From the NCBI GenBank assembly GCA_001784435.1, contig MFQZ01000005.1:25015-89014 (forward strand): a stretch of DNA of 64,000 nucleotides. Reading direction: 5' to 3'. The position numbers and the translations under genes are program-made. Each line of letters begins with the position of its first letter. The stretch's first letter is position 1. This document shows positions 48,499 through 57,520 of the stretch, piece by piece. Below the pieces are notes generated by a model. The model made no database searches, was not told the DNA's origin, and saw only the letters and a list, made by a program, of their open reading frames with translations. This DNA is from Candidatus Magasanikbacteria bacterium RIFOXYC2_FULL_42_28. Its GTDB lineage: Bacteria; Patescibacteriota; Patescibacteriia; Magasanikbacterales; GWA2-37-8.

Positions 48499-49440
48499 AT
48501 GACCATAGAATTACCACACCTAGATGACTTTATCCTAAATCTAAAAGCCAACAACTTTTCCGATGAAACTGCCTATAACTATGAACGCGATCTAAATACT
48601 TTTGAAGATTTTTTAAGAGACGATATTAAGCAAAATTTTGAAAAAATTACAAAAACTGATATTTTGCGATACAAAGCATACCTGACCTCTACTGACAGAA
48701 AAACGGCAGAAAATCATAAATCTGAACAGAAATTAACGAGTTACTCAATAAACCGTGTTTTATCTGCTTTAAGATCATACCTAAAATTTTTGGAAGACAT
48801 GGATTATGACTCCCCTATTTCAGCTAATGCAATCAAGCTGTTAAAAACAGAAAAAAAACACGCTCGTGTACCGGAAATCAATGAAGTTTTAAAAATCTTA
48901 GAAGCACCGACAAAATACGAAGACAATTTGCAAGTTGGCATGCGTAATCGCGCCATGCTTGAAACTTTGTTTGCCACCGGTATGCGTATTTCAGAACTTT
49001 TATCACTTAAAGTTAATCAGATCGACAAAACCGGACGGGTATATGTGATGGGTAAAGGAAAAAAACAAAGATTTGTATATTTAACACCACGTGCTCTCAC
49101 TCACCTATCCAATTACCTAAAAATTCGCAACAGTACCTCTGAAATGCTATTTATCCCCTATCGCGGCAGAAATAACCAAGAAAAAAATAAAAGGATATCT
49201 ACAAATTATTTACAGTTTAAAATAAAAAGATATCGTGAATTATTAGATATCAATTTACCGGTAAGCGCGCATACTTTGCGCCATTGTTTTGCGACATATT
49301 TAGCCGAAAATGGTGCGAATCCGGCTGCTATTCAAATTTTATTGGGTCACGAGTCGCTTGATACCACCACGCGCTATGTTCACGCCTCTGATCGTTACGC
49401 TGAAAAAATTCACAATCAATTTCATCCTTTATTTAAATAA
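48499..49440 (+). CDS. XerC/XerD-family tyrosine recombinase
   Basis: TGMRISE (R), GKGKKQR (K), HTLRH, LLGH, TTTRY catalytic residues; SAM-like N-terminal domain. Confidence 0.92.
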   Translation: MTIELPHLDDFILNLKANNFSDETAYNYERDLNTFEDFLRDDIKQNFEKITKTDILRYKAYLTSTDRKTAENHKSEQKLTSYSINRVLSALRSYLKFLEDMDYDSPISANAIKLLKTEKKHARVPEINEVLKILEAPTKYEDNLQVGMRNRAMLETLFATGMRISELLSLKVNQIDKTGRVYVMGKGKKQRFVYLTPRALTHLSNYLKIRNSTSEMLFIPYRGRNNQEKNKRISTNYLQFKIKRYRELLDINLPVSAHTLRHCFATYLAENGANPAAIQILLGHESLDTTTRYVHASDRYAEKIHNQFHPLFK

Positions 49441-49452
49441 TAAACGAAAAAA

Positions 49453-49475
49453 TAATCCGCCTCTTCGGCGGATTA
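49453..49475. terminator. Terminator between the convergent xer and dnaJ genes
   Basis: TAATCCGCC-TCTTC-GGCGGATTA. Confidence 0.8.
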
Positions 49476-50594
49476 AATTTCACTTTTTAATTCTTCCAAC
49501 TTTTTCCGCGTCTCGCGCGAAATTTTTCTGGGCACGCGGATTTTTATTTTAACATAATGATCACCACGCGTGGTTCGACCTAAATGCGTGATGCCATGAC
49601 CTTTTATTTTTATTAATTGGCCGGATTCAACTCCTTCGGGAATCATTAAATTCACTGATCCGTCCAAGGTATTGACCGCGACTTTGTCACCCAATACGGC
49701 TTGGCTAAAATTTATTTCTAAATCAGTATAAACATCAAAACCCTCGCGATGAAAATTTTTCTGTTGGCGAATATGCGCGCGCACGTACAAATCCCCTGTT
49801 CCACCACCATGAGGAGCGGCTTCGCCATAACCGGTTAAACGAATAGATTCACCTTCGTCTATGCCAGCCGGAATTTTTACATTTATTGTCGAAGATTTTG
49901 CCAAAATTCCATCGCCACCGCAATGTTTGCAGGGCTTGCCGGGTTTTTGGCCACGGCCTTGGCAATTCGGACACGCAGCTACGGTTTGCATCACGCCCAA
50001 AAAAGTTCGCTGTTGTTGGACAACTTGGCCTTGGCCTTTACAAGTGGCACAAGTATCTAATTTACTACCCGGCTCGCTACCAGAACCATTACAAACATCG
50101 CAGGCGCTTTGTTTTCGTAAAGAAATTTCTTTTTCAATTCCAAACGCCGCTTCTTTTAAATCCAATTCAACATCAACTTGTATGTCACGACCACGTGCTT
50201 GCCCACCGCCACGACGAGAACGGCCACCGCCACCAAATCCAAACATATCGCCAAAAATATCACCGGCATCTTGTCCGCCAAAATTAAAAGAAAATCCGCT
50301 GTCGCCCCCGCCTTGACCGCCCCGACGAAACGCATTCATTATATCTTCCCAATTACCACCAGACGCGCCCCAACCACCTTGAGATTCAAAATCAGAACCA
50401 AATTGATCGTATTTGGTTCGTTTATCAGCATCGTTTAAAACTTGAAAGGCCTCGTTTATTTCTTTAAACTTTTTTTCATCACCACCCGGTCGGTCCGGAT
50501 GGTGCGTCATGGCCATTTTTTTAAACGCTTTTTTTATTTCATCGGCCGTGGCATTTTTTTCCAAGCCGAGTATTTTATAGTAATCTTTGGGCAC
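49473..50594 (-). CDS. dnaJ: Chaperone DnaJ (GTG start)
   Basis: HPD motif, G/F region, four CxxCxGxG repeats. Confidence 0.97.
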   Translation of the reverse strand: MPKDYYKILGLEKNATADEIKKAFKKMAMTHHPDRPGGDEKKFKEINEAFQVLNDADKRTKYDQFGSDFESQGGWGASGGNWEDIMNAFRRGGQGGGDSGFSFNFGGQDAGDIFGDMFGFGGGGRSRRGGGQARGRDIQVDVELDLKEAAFGIEKEISLRKQSACDVCNGSGSEPGSKLDTCATCKGQGQVVQQQRTFLGVMQTVAACPNCQGRGQKPGKPCKHCGGDGILAKSSTINVKIPAGIDEGESIRLTGYGEAAPHGGGTGDLYVRAHIRQQKNFHREGFDVYTDLEINFSQAVLGDKVAVNTLDGSVNLMIPEGVESGQLIKIKGHGITHLGRTTRGDHYVKIKIRVPRKISRETRKKLEELKSEI

Positions 50595-50629
50595 AAAAAT
50601 AAATCAAAAAACTGTAAAAAAAGTAACTA

Positions 50630-51055
50630 CTAAATGGACAGCTTACTTTCTAAATCACGAACCATATCAAGTGCTTCTTGTTTGTCACTATCTTCTTTCA
50701 GATTAAAACTTTCAAGCGCCAACGGAGTAGTTATTGCGTTATTCACCCAAGCATAAAAACTACCAACCCCATCTTTCATACCATTAACCGTGCTTACTGC
50801 TGTTACCAGAGTGTTCATGTGCACTATTAAAGCTGCGGAATTGCTAAGGTCAGCCGTATCAACCATAACCCTTAATTGGCGAACTACGCTCTTCATTTTT
50901 TGCCACATCAAATACTCTTTCGATGACAACTGATCCGGATCTATATGCGTAATATTTTTATTTTTACCAGCGGCAAAATCTTTCATAGCCTGAATTTCCA
51001 TACGAAAATTAGCCAGCTCCTGTTCGCTAATTTCACGAGGCTCTTGATCTGTCAT
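50630..51055 (-). CDS. Hypothetical protein between dnaK and dnaJ
   Basis: 141-aa ORF, co-oriented. Confidence 0.65.
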   Translation of the reverse strand: MTDQEPREISEQELANFRMEIQAMKDFAAGKNKNITHIDPDQLSSKEYLMWQKMKSVVRQLRVMVDTADLSNSAALIVHMNTLVTAVSTVNGMKDGVGSFYAWVNNAITTPLALESFNLKEDSDKQEALDMVRDLESKLSI

Positions 51056-51070
51056 AAAATTATAATTATT

Positions 51071-51096
51071 TATATCATGATTTAAATCATGATATA
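51071..51096. repeat. Perfect 26-bp palindrome after dnaK
   Basis: TATATCATGATTTAAATCATGATATA. Confidence 0.75.
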
Positions 51097-51113
51097 TTTT
51101 ACCACAAATTTAA

Positions 51114-53015
51114 TTATTTCACTACCTCGCCTTCGATTGGTCCATCGTCCTTCTTTGGCTCTTCACCACCTGGTTGCGCGCCCGGCTGACCACCTTGGGG
51201 TGGCTGTTGGGTTTGGTACATTTTCTGACCAACAACTTGCGCGGCCTTAGACAACGCCTCGGACGCTTTTTTAATCGCCTCCACATCATCCTTATCCTTT
51301 ACCTCTTTCACCGCCTTCAAACCCTCTTCCACATTTTTCTTTTCTTCATCGGTAATCGCAATTTTTTTCTCTTCCACTTCTTTCATCATTTTTTCCGAAG
51401 TGTACACCATCGTATCGGCCAAATTGCGGGTCTCAATTAATTCTTGCTTTTTCTTGTCTTCATCCGCATGCGTTTCTGCTTCTTTTTTCATTTTTTCAAT
51501 TTCTTCTTTTGATAATGCGGTTGAAGCAGTAATAGTAATTGACTGCTCTTTGTTAGTGGCTTTATCTTTGGCTTTTACCGATAAAATGCCATTAGCATCA
51601 ATATCAAAACTTACTTCAATTTGAGGCACACCACGCGGAGCTGGTGGAATACCATCTAACATAAATCGACCCAAAGTTTTGTTGTCAGTGGCCATCGGAC
51701 GCTCGCCTTGCAACACGTGAATTTCTACGCCCGGTTGATTATCAGCCGCGGTGGAAAATGTTTGCGTTTTGGAAGTTGGGATCGTGGTGTTGCGTTCAAT
51801 TAATCTGGTCATCACACTGCCCATTGTTTCCAAACCCAAAGACAACGGTGTCACATCTAACAACAAAATATCTTTGACATCGCCCCGCAAAACACCGCCT
51901 TGAACCGCCGCGCCAATCGCGACCACTTCGTCCGGATTCACACTGATGTTTGGTTTTTTATTGAAAAACTTTTCTACGGCCGCGAGTACCATTGGCATGC
52001 GTGTCATCCCGCCGACCATCACGACTTCGTGCAAGTCCCCTACTTTTAATTTGGCGTCATCCAATGCCTTTTGCACCGGACCCATAGTTTTGGCAACTAA
52101 ATCCCCTACTAATTCTTCTAATTTAGAACGGGATAATTTCATTACCAAATGTTTCGGACCATCTACGCCGGAAGTGATAAACGGCTGATTGATTTCGGTT
52201 TCTTGCGAAGTGGATAATTCAATTTTGGCTTTTTCGGCCGCTTCTTTTATCCGTTGTAAGGCCAAATTGTCTTTACCCAAATCAATTCCTTGATCTTTTT
52301 TAAATTCATCCAAAATCCAGCGAATTAAAATTTGGTCAAAATCATCACCGCCCAAATGCGTGTCGCCGTTGGTAGACAAAACCTGAACATTGTCCGGCGC
52401 TACTTCCAAAATGGAAATATCAAAAGTGCCGCCACCCAAATCATACACCGCGATTTTTTGTTCAATTTTTTTATCAAAACCATAAGCCAAAGCCGCCGCC
52501 GTTGGTTCGTTCACAATACGCAAAACATTCAAACCGGCAATCGCGCCCGCGTCTTTGGTGGCTTGGCGCTGGGCATCATCAAAATATGCTGGTACGGTGA
52601 TTACCGCATCAGTAATTTTTTCACCAATACGTTCTTCGGCATCAGCTTTCATCTTTTGCAAAATCATTGCAGAAATTTCTTGCGGGGAATGATCTTTGTC
52701 ACCCATTTTAATTTTTACCCCATCACCGGATTGAACAATTTTGTAAGGCATCAATTTTAAATCACGCTGAACTTCGGCATCGGTAAAACGACGGCCGATA
52801 AGACGTTTGATAGAATACAAAGTGTTTTCCGGATTGGTAACGGCCTGCCGTTTGGCTAATTGCCCAGCCAGTCGTTCGCCGGATTTGTTAATCGCAACCA
52901 TAGATGGCGTGGTGCGCGCGCCTTCTTTATTTTCCAACACCTTGGGCTGGCCACCTTCGATAATGGCCATGCAAGAGTTAGTGGTGCCGAGGTCGATGCC
53001 GAGTACTTTTGACAT
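51114..53015 (-). CDS. dnaK: Chaperone DnaK
   Basis: [28 protein letters not shown]. Confidence 0.98.
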   Translation of the reverse strand: MSKVLGIDLGTTNSCMAIIEGGQPKVLENKEGARTTPSMVAINKSGERLAGQLAKRQAVTNPENTLYSIKRLIGRRFTDAEVQRDLKLMPYKIVQSGDGVKIKMGDKDHSPQEISAMILQKMKADAEERIGEKITDAVITVPAYFDDAQRQATKDAGAIAGLNVLRIVNEPTAAALAYGFDKKIEQKIAVYDLGGGTFDISILEVAPDNVQVLSTNGDTHLGGDDFDQILIRWILDEFKKDQGIDLGKDNLALQRIKEAAEKAKIELSTSQETEINQPFITSGVDGPKHLVMKLSRSKLEELVGDLVAKTMGPVQKALDDAKLKVGDLHEVVMVGGMTRMPMVLAAVEKFFNKKPNISVNPDEVVAIGAAVQGGVLRGDVKDILLLDVTPLSLGLETMGSVMTRLIERNTTIPTSKTQTFSTAADNQPGVEIHVLQGERPMATDNKTLGRFMLDGIPPAPRGVPQIEVSFDIDANGILSVKAKDKATNKEQSITITASTALSKEEIEKMKKEAETHADEDKKKQELIETRNLADTMVYTSEKMMKEVEEKKIAITDEEKKNVEEGLKAVKEVKDKDDVEAIKKASEALSKAAQVVGQKMYQTQQPPQGGQPGAQPGGEEPKKDDGPIEGEVVK

Positions 53016-53030
53016 ATGTGTTTATGTTAA

Positions 53031-53660
53031 TTAAATATTAATTAAATTATTTTTTTTAGTATTCAAAATTTTATGTTCTGTACGAATACTTAATAAGTTT
53101 AATGATCTATTAGTGCTAATGGAGTCTAACAAAATTAATAAAAATATTGGTAATAAATACAATGGATAAAATATTGAATAAAAACCTATTATAAATAATA
53201 AACCGTCCAAAAATATATAGTGGTAATTAAGTCTGTCTCTATGTGTTTGCAAAATTATATTATTTGATATGTATTCAAATTCATCACAAATAGTAATTTC
53301 ACTTTGTCTAGTTGTAATTATCGCAAATTCTTTATTTTTTACATAATAATTTCTCAATCTAACAAGAGTGCCTGGCCCCAATCGGACTAGAGCATCTAAT
53401 GAAATCACAAAACGCGAAATTTGACTACCAAATGCCGATGCTAATCTTCCAATAGAATAAGATATTGATATATAAAATATAGTGACTAAAAATGGCTGAA
53501 ATGGACTATCTTTAAATAATAAATAAACTAAATTACTAGGTAGCAAATTTAAAAATAACAGAGAAAAAATAATAACATTCCCTATAATAAAATACAAAAC
53601 ATCTATAAAAAAACCATGGGGTTTTAAATAGTTAGCCACATCTTTAATTTCTTGATTCAT
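53031..53660 (-). CDS. AT-rich hypothetical membrane protein
   Basis: About four TM segments, visibly lower GC than flanks. Confidence 0.7.
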   Translation of the reverse strand: MNQEIKDVANYLKPHGFFIDVLYFIIGNVIIFSLLFLNLLPSNLVYLLFKDSPFQPFLVTIFYISISYSIGRLASAFGSQISRFVISLDALVRLGPGTLVRLRNYYVKNKEFAIITTRQSEITICDEFEYISNNIILQTHRDRLNYHYIFLDGLLFIIGFYSIFYPLYLLPIFLLILLDSISTNRSLNLLSIRTEHKILNTKKNNLINI

Positions 53661-53664
53661 AAAA

Positions 53665-53901
53665 TCATTTTTTATTTTTATTCATCCCGAAACTAAAACC
53701 AGTTATTAAAGCAAAGTATGTAAAAAATAACCACCCCCAGTAATCTGTATCGCCCCAATATAAAATATCAGAATTGCGCGATAAACTCTGAAAAACTCCA
53801 GCCCAAATTGCGGATGCCAAGTAAAATCCACCCCATTCTTTCAAGTGGTGTTTGAATACCGCCCAGATGGCAACCAATATATCTATAAAAGTTTTAAACA
53901 T
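53665..53901 (-). CDS. Small membrane protein
   Basis: 78 aa, two TM segments, Trp/Phe-rich. Confidence 0.6.
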   Translation of the reverse strand: MFKTFIDILVAIWAVFKHHLKEWGGFYLASAIWAGVFQSLSRNSDILYWGDTDYWGWLFFTYFALITGFSFGMNKNKK

Positions 53902-53930
53902 ATACTAATAAATTTCTCCAATTTAACCAC

Positions 53931-53973
53931 TTTAAGGGATTCCTCGTCGGCGCGAGCCTCGCTCGGAATGACA
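53931..53973. repeat. Family A right arm, intergenic
   Basis: TTTAAGGGATTCCTCGTCGGCGCGAGCCTCGCTCGGAATGACA. Confidence 0.85.
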
Positions 53974-54020
53974 GTCGCCACCCCCTTAACAAACCTTCTT
54001 TTTCTTGATATACTATATTT

Positions 54021-54135
54021 ATCACGATGAGAGGAGGTTCATAAGGTTTCGTCCTTATGTAATTGCCTCTCCAATCGAATTATCATCATAAGAGGACCAC
54101 CAAAGGGTTTTATCCCGCGGGAATGCCTCTTTTTT
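54021..54135 (+). ncRNA. Candidate structured small RNA (unassigned)
   Basis: TACTAT at 54011; nested stems GAGG/CCTC and CATAAGG/CCTTATG; AAGAGG...CCTCTTTTTT end. Confidence 0.35.
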
Positions 54136-54631
54136 ATTTTTCTTCTCTTCCATTAACATACGCCCTGATTATACCTGAATCATCCTTGGTAAAATAAGTT
54201 TCATCGTCATCAAATCCTTCGCTGTTTGTCGCTTTATTTCCCATCTTCCACCGCGCGCTAATTGCAATCCCACCGCGCGTATTAAATATCACTTCCACTT
54301 CGCATTTTTTTGGTTTTACAAACTTTACAAAATCATTGCCAATGTCCACGGCCAAATGTTCGTGGAACACGCCCACTTCGCGAAATGTTTCCAGATATAA
54401 TTTCATTGACTTTGATTCTACCACATATTTATTCGGCACATAGGTAATCAAAATTTCGGCGTAATCTGGCTGACCCGTCAAAGGACAACGACAGGTAAAT
54501 TCGGTGCAGTGCAATTCCACTTCCAAATTTTGCCCGGAGTGATTGGGAAAAACTTCGAGCGTCCGTGCCGGTTTGGCACTGCCTTTGCCTAATTGAGTTA
54601 ATTTTTTTAAATCTTCTTTGGTTGTTGGCAT
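54134..54631 (-). CDS. queF: PreQ0 (7-cyano-7-deazaguanine) reductase, type I
   Basis: EFTCRCPLTGQPD, VESKSMKLY, FHE, NTRGGI. Confidence 0.9.
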   Translation of the reverse strand: MPTTKEDLKKLTQLGKGSAKPARTLEVFPNHSGQNLEVELHCTEFTCRCPLTGQPDYAEILITYVPNKYVVESKSMKLYLETFREVGVFHEHLAVDIGNDFVKFVKPKKCEVEVIFNTRGGIAISARWKMGNKATNSEGFDDDETYFTKDDSGIIRAYVNGREEK

Positions 54632-54634
54632 ATT

Positions 54635-55300
54635 TTAAAGTGCTAACGGATTAAATTTAGTTTCAGTGTCGTAAACATCAACACCTTCTTTTTTCTTTAG
54701 CAAGCTGACAAAATAATAAGTGAACGGCGTGGAGACTGTTTCAAATAAAACTTTAAAAATCCATTGCGTCAAAATCAAACCGCCCAAAACTCCGACCGGC
54801 ATCACGCCCCAAAAAGCCAAACTGATAAAAATCAAAGAATCCAAACCTTCACCCACGACAGTAGAACCAATCGTGCGCGCCCACAAATGTTTACCTTGGG
54901 TTTTAATTTTCATTTTGGATAGCAACATTGAATTGACAAATTGGCCGACTAAATAGGCGCTAAACGAAGCGACGAGTAAGCGCGGAGTAAATCCTAAAAT
55001 TTGCTCAAAGGCGGTCTGATTAGCGAAAAACGGCGCGGACGGAATTTTAATACTGATATAAATGGCGACGACCGCGAGTAAATTACAGGCAAAACCGGTC
55101 CAAATGGCGCGCCGCGCGGCCGCGTAGCCATACACTTCGGTTAAAATATCACCAATTATATAGGTAATGGGGAATAAAATTACGGCCACCGGTAAAAAAT
55201 AACTGCCGAACGCGCCGATTTTAACGGCGATGATGTTGGAAATAATTAGACAGGTAACAAAGAGCGCGGAAATTAACTGATAAAATTTTGAATTGGACAT
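54635..55300 (-). CDS. yhhQ: Queuosine precursor transporter (YhhQ/VUT family)
   Basis: SNIIAVK, GDILTEVYG, RTIGSTVVGE.LDS. Confidence 0.88.
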   Translation of the reverse strand: MSNSKFYQLISALFVTCLIISNIIAVKIGAFGSYFLPVAVILFPITYIIGDILTEVYGYAAARRAIWTGFACNLLAVVAIYISIKIPSAPFFANQTAFEQILGFTPRLLVASFSAYLVGQFVNSMLLSKMKIKTQGKHLWARTIGSTVVGEGLDSLIFISLAFWGVMPVGVLGGLILTQWIFKVLFETVSTPFTYYFVSLLKKKEGVDVYDTETKFNPLAL

Positions 55301-55314
55301 AGATTATTAATAAA

Positions 55315-55905
55315 TTATTTAGTAATAATTACTCTAGCGACTTTCAATACTTTGCCGCCGATTATATAGCCACCATCTACTTCTCTTAAAATTTCACCAT
55401 GTTCTTTGTCCTCAATTTCTTCATCACCCACGGCTTCATGTTTAGTCGGATCAAATTTTTCACCGACTGTTTTTATTTCTTCCACACCGTGCGCGGATAA
55501 AACATCCCCAAATTGTTTTTTGATATATTCAATTCCTTGCGCCCAACTCTCCCACCCCCTCTTTATCTCCCCCTCGGGCAGTGGGAGAGAGCCACTGACC
55601 GCGAACGCTTTTTTAAAATTATCGTAAACCGGAATAAACTCTTCCAAAATTTGCGCTTCGCTCATTCGCACCCATTCACCGCGACGCTTTTCCGTTTCAG
55701 TTTGTAAATTTTTGTAATCAGCCAAAGCGCGTTGCCAACCGAATTTATATTCGTCGCGCTCTTTTTCTAATCCTTCGCAATTTTGGCATTTTTTATGAAA
55801 AAAAGATTTTTTGATTGGCTCTGGTTCGGCCACAGCTTCGTCTTGAACTATATCAATTTGTTCTGCTTGTTCTTCATCTTTTTCGATTTTTGGTTCGTCA
55901 GACAT
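55315..55905 (-). CDS. grpE: Nucleotide exchange factor GrpE (with in-frame repeat insert)
   Basis: RALADYKN, FDPTKHEAV, GYIIGGKVLKVARV. Confidence 0.93.
   Translation of the reverse strand: MSDEPKIEKDEEQAEQIDIVQDEAVAEPEPIKKSFFHKKCQNCEGLEKERDEYKFGWQRALADYKNLQTETEKRRGEWVRMSEAQILEEFIPVYDNFKKAFAVSGSLPLPEGEIKRGWESWAQGIEYIKKQFGDVLSAHGVEEIKTVGEKFDPTKHEAVGDEEIEDKEHGEILREVDGGYIIGGKVLKVARVIITK
55549..55590. repeat. Family E arm in frame inside grpE
   Basis: Reverse complement TCTCTCCCACTGCCCGAGGGGGAGATAAAGAGGGGGTGGGAG matches 34558-34596; encodes SLPLPEGEIKRGWE. Confidence 0.9.
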
Positions 55906-55908
55906 ACA

Positions 55909-56589
55909 TTAAATTAATTCCTTAATTTTATTCATTAACGCGTAATTGCGGGCGTAATCCATGCGCATGGGCCCGAGTAGTATCAATAAGCTTTCATCAC
56001 CAAAGCGAAACGCCGCCACGGACAATAAATTACCAAAACCATGCTCGGGGCCAAAAAAATATTTTATTTCGGTGGTTACTTCGTCCGAAAAATTTTCCAA
56101 ACAATCTTCACAGTGGTCAAAAATTTGCGTTACGTCAGCAACAAGCGCCAACTCGGAAAATTCCGGCTGAGAAAATAAATTGGAGAGACCGGTATAATAC
56201 ACCTGATCGGGAGAAAATGCCAATATCGCCGTAGCGTTGGAAAGCGCTGTTAAATTTTTTACTAAAACTTTTTGCGCGTTTTCTTTATCCGTGTCCGCCG
56301 AAACGCTCATCCCAAAAACATCGTTGTCTTTTTTGGTTAATTTTGCGCGTGCTAAATCCAAATTTTTCAAATAATAGCGATAGCCCTTTTCGGTTGGGAT
56401 TCGGCCGGCTGAAGTATGGGGATGTCTTAGATACCCCTGCTCTTCTAACTCGCGTAGTTCGTTGCGCACGGTGGCCTCTCCCCTGCCTAAATCACACTTT
56501 TCTACCAAAAAACGCGAGCCAATTGGTTCGGCCGTTTTAATATGGGTTTTAATGACGAGGTTTAAGAGTTCAGAGAGACGTTTTTCCAT
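55909..56589 (-). CDS. hrcA: Heat-inducible repressor HrcA (short form)
   Basis: AEPIGS, ATVRNE, PHTSAGRIPTEKGYRYY, LGPMRMDY. Confidence 0.9.
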   Translation of the reverse strand: MEKRLSELLNLVIKTHIKTAEPIGSRFLVEKCDLGRGEATVRNELRELEEQGYLRHPHTSAGRIPTEKGYRYYLKNLDLARAKLTKKDNDVFGMSVSADTDKENAQKVLVKNLTALSNATAILAFSPDQVYYTGLSNLFSQPEFSELALVADVTQIFDHCEDCLENFSDEVTTEIKYFFGPEHGFGNLLSVAAFRFGDESLLILLGPMRMDYARNYALMNKIKELI

Positions 56590-56615
56590 ATTATCAGCGC
56601 ATTTTCGCTAAAAAA

Positions 56616-56642
56616 TTATCACTCATACTGTATGAGTGATAA
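56616..56642. promoter_or_regulatory. CIRCE operator variant
   Basis: TTATCACTC-N9-GAGTGATAA versus canonical TTAGCACTC-N9-GAGTGCTAA, directly upstream of hrcA. Confidence 0.85.
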
Positions 56643-56669
56643 TATATACCTATTTAAATTTTTCGTCAA
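56641..56669 (-). promoter_or_regulatory. hrcA operon promoter
   Basis: TTGACG-17nt-TATATT abutting the CIRCE; DnaA-box-like TTATCCACA at 56678. Confidence 0.7.
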
Positions 56670-56686
56670 GAAGGAAGTTATCCACA

Positions 56687-56836
56687 GCGCTTCGCCTTCG
56701 GCTACGCCCTGTAAACTTTACTCTATATTTAATTTATTAGTAGTATGGTTTACCGGGCGCAACGCAGTGAAGCCGGGCCCTGTAAACTTTATATTCCAAA
56801 CAAAAAATTTATGGTGCGTAGCGTAGCGAAGAATCC
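56687..56836. repeat. Composite palindromic element (GCCCTGTAAACTTTA twice, GGTTTACCGGGC, TTTATGGTGC)
   Basis: Internal 15-bp direct repeat; ends CTTCGCCTTCGGCTACGC / GCGTAGCGTAGCGAAG are complementary. Confidence 0.65.
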
Positions 56837-56837
56837 A

Positions 56838-57413
56838 TTAATTCATCGCAATCTGCGAAATCTCGCTTAACAAGCAGTTTTCAACATAAATACCGCGCGC
56901 GTAAAAAATGCGTTCTAACTCGTTTTTTAATTCGGTTTCTACCGCGTCACGTTTTGGGCCGATAATATCAGTGTAATCAAACCGTGAAAATACCATGCGC
57001 ATACGACTTCTGATTGTCGGACGGACAATTTTGGCCACAAAATCTTCGCCAATAGTTTGCCAAATACTCGGAATCTGGTGCACATCTAAACGCAATAAAA
57101 TTGTGCCTTCCACGGCCACGCGCTTGCCATCTTGCGTAACAGCCGCGGTTGGAATATCACCCAAAGCCCGTTCATTTTCCGGTTTAAATTGGCGGTTAAT
57201 GCCGTATTCCAAGGTCTGGACATTAAACAATTTGGCCTTTTGCCAAAATGGAATTTTTAAATGCAACCCGGGGGTCAAAACCTTTTTTAGCACTCCTCTG
57301 CCCATATCATAAACACAGGCCACATAGCCCGGCGGGACGTAAATAAAAAAACCTTTTAAAACATCTTCGACGACGAAAGAATACATTAATTTGTCAAGAG
57401 AATCACCGGCCAT
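56838..57413 (-). CDS. SPFH/band-7 (prohibitin) domain protein
   Basis: VPPGYVACVY, PGLHLKIPF, IVRPTIRS, RGIYVEN. Confidence 0.85.
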   Translation of the reverse strand: MAGDSLDKLMYSFVVEDVLKGFFIYVPPGYVACVYDMGRGVLKKVLTPGLHLKIPFWQKAKLFNVQTLEYGINRQFKPENERALGDIPTAAVTQDGKRVAVEGTILLRLDVHQIPSIWQTIGEDFVAKIVRPTIRSRMRMVFSRFDYTDIIGPKRDAVETELKNELERIFYARGIYVENCLLSEISQIAMN

Positions 57414-57432
57414 ATATAAAATATTTATTTAC

Positions 57433-57507
57433 TGTCATTCCGATGAAAATCGGAATCTCTGTTGACTTACAAATTGGACAGGGATCCCGATTTTCATCGG
57501 GATGACA
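57433..57507. repeat. Family A element (CCGATGAAAATCGG subtype)
   Basis: TGTCATTCCGATGAAAATCGGAATCTCTGT...ACAGGGATCCCGATTTTCATCGGGATGACA. Confidence 0.9.
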
Positions 57508-57520
57508 ATTAATTGGATTA

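Noticed and set aside
48499-49440. Prophage integrase or prophage boundary
   Set aside because: No phage genes, no adjacent tRNA and no att repeats seen; size and motifs fit a Xer-type enzyme
54021-54135. PreQ1 riboswitch or hammerhead ribozyme
   Set aside because: It lies downstream of and opposite to yhhQ-queF and lacks the A-rich preQ1-I tail; CUGAUGA and GAAA are not arranged as a hammerhead core
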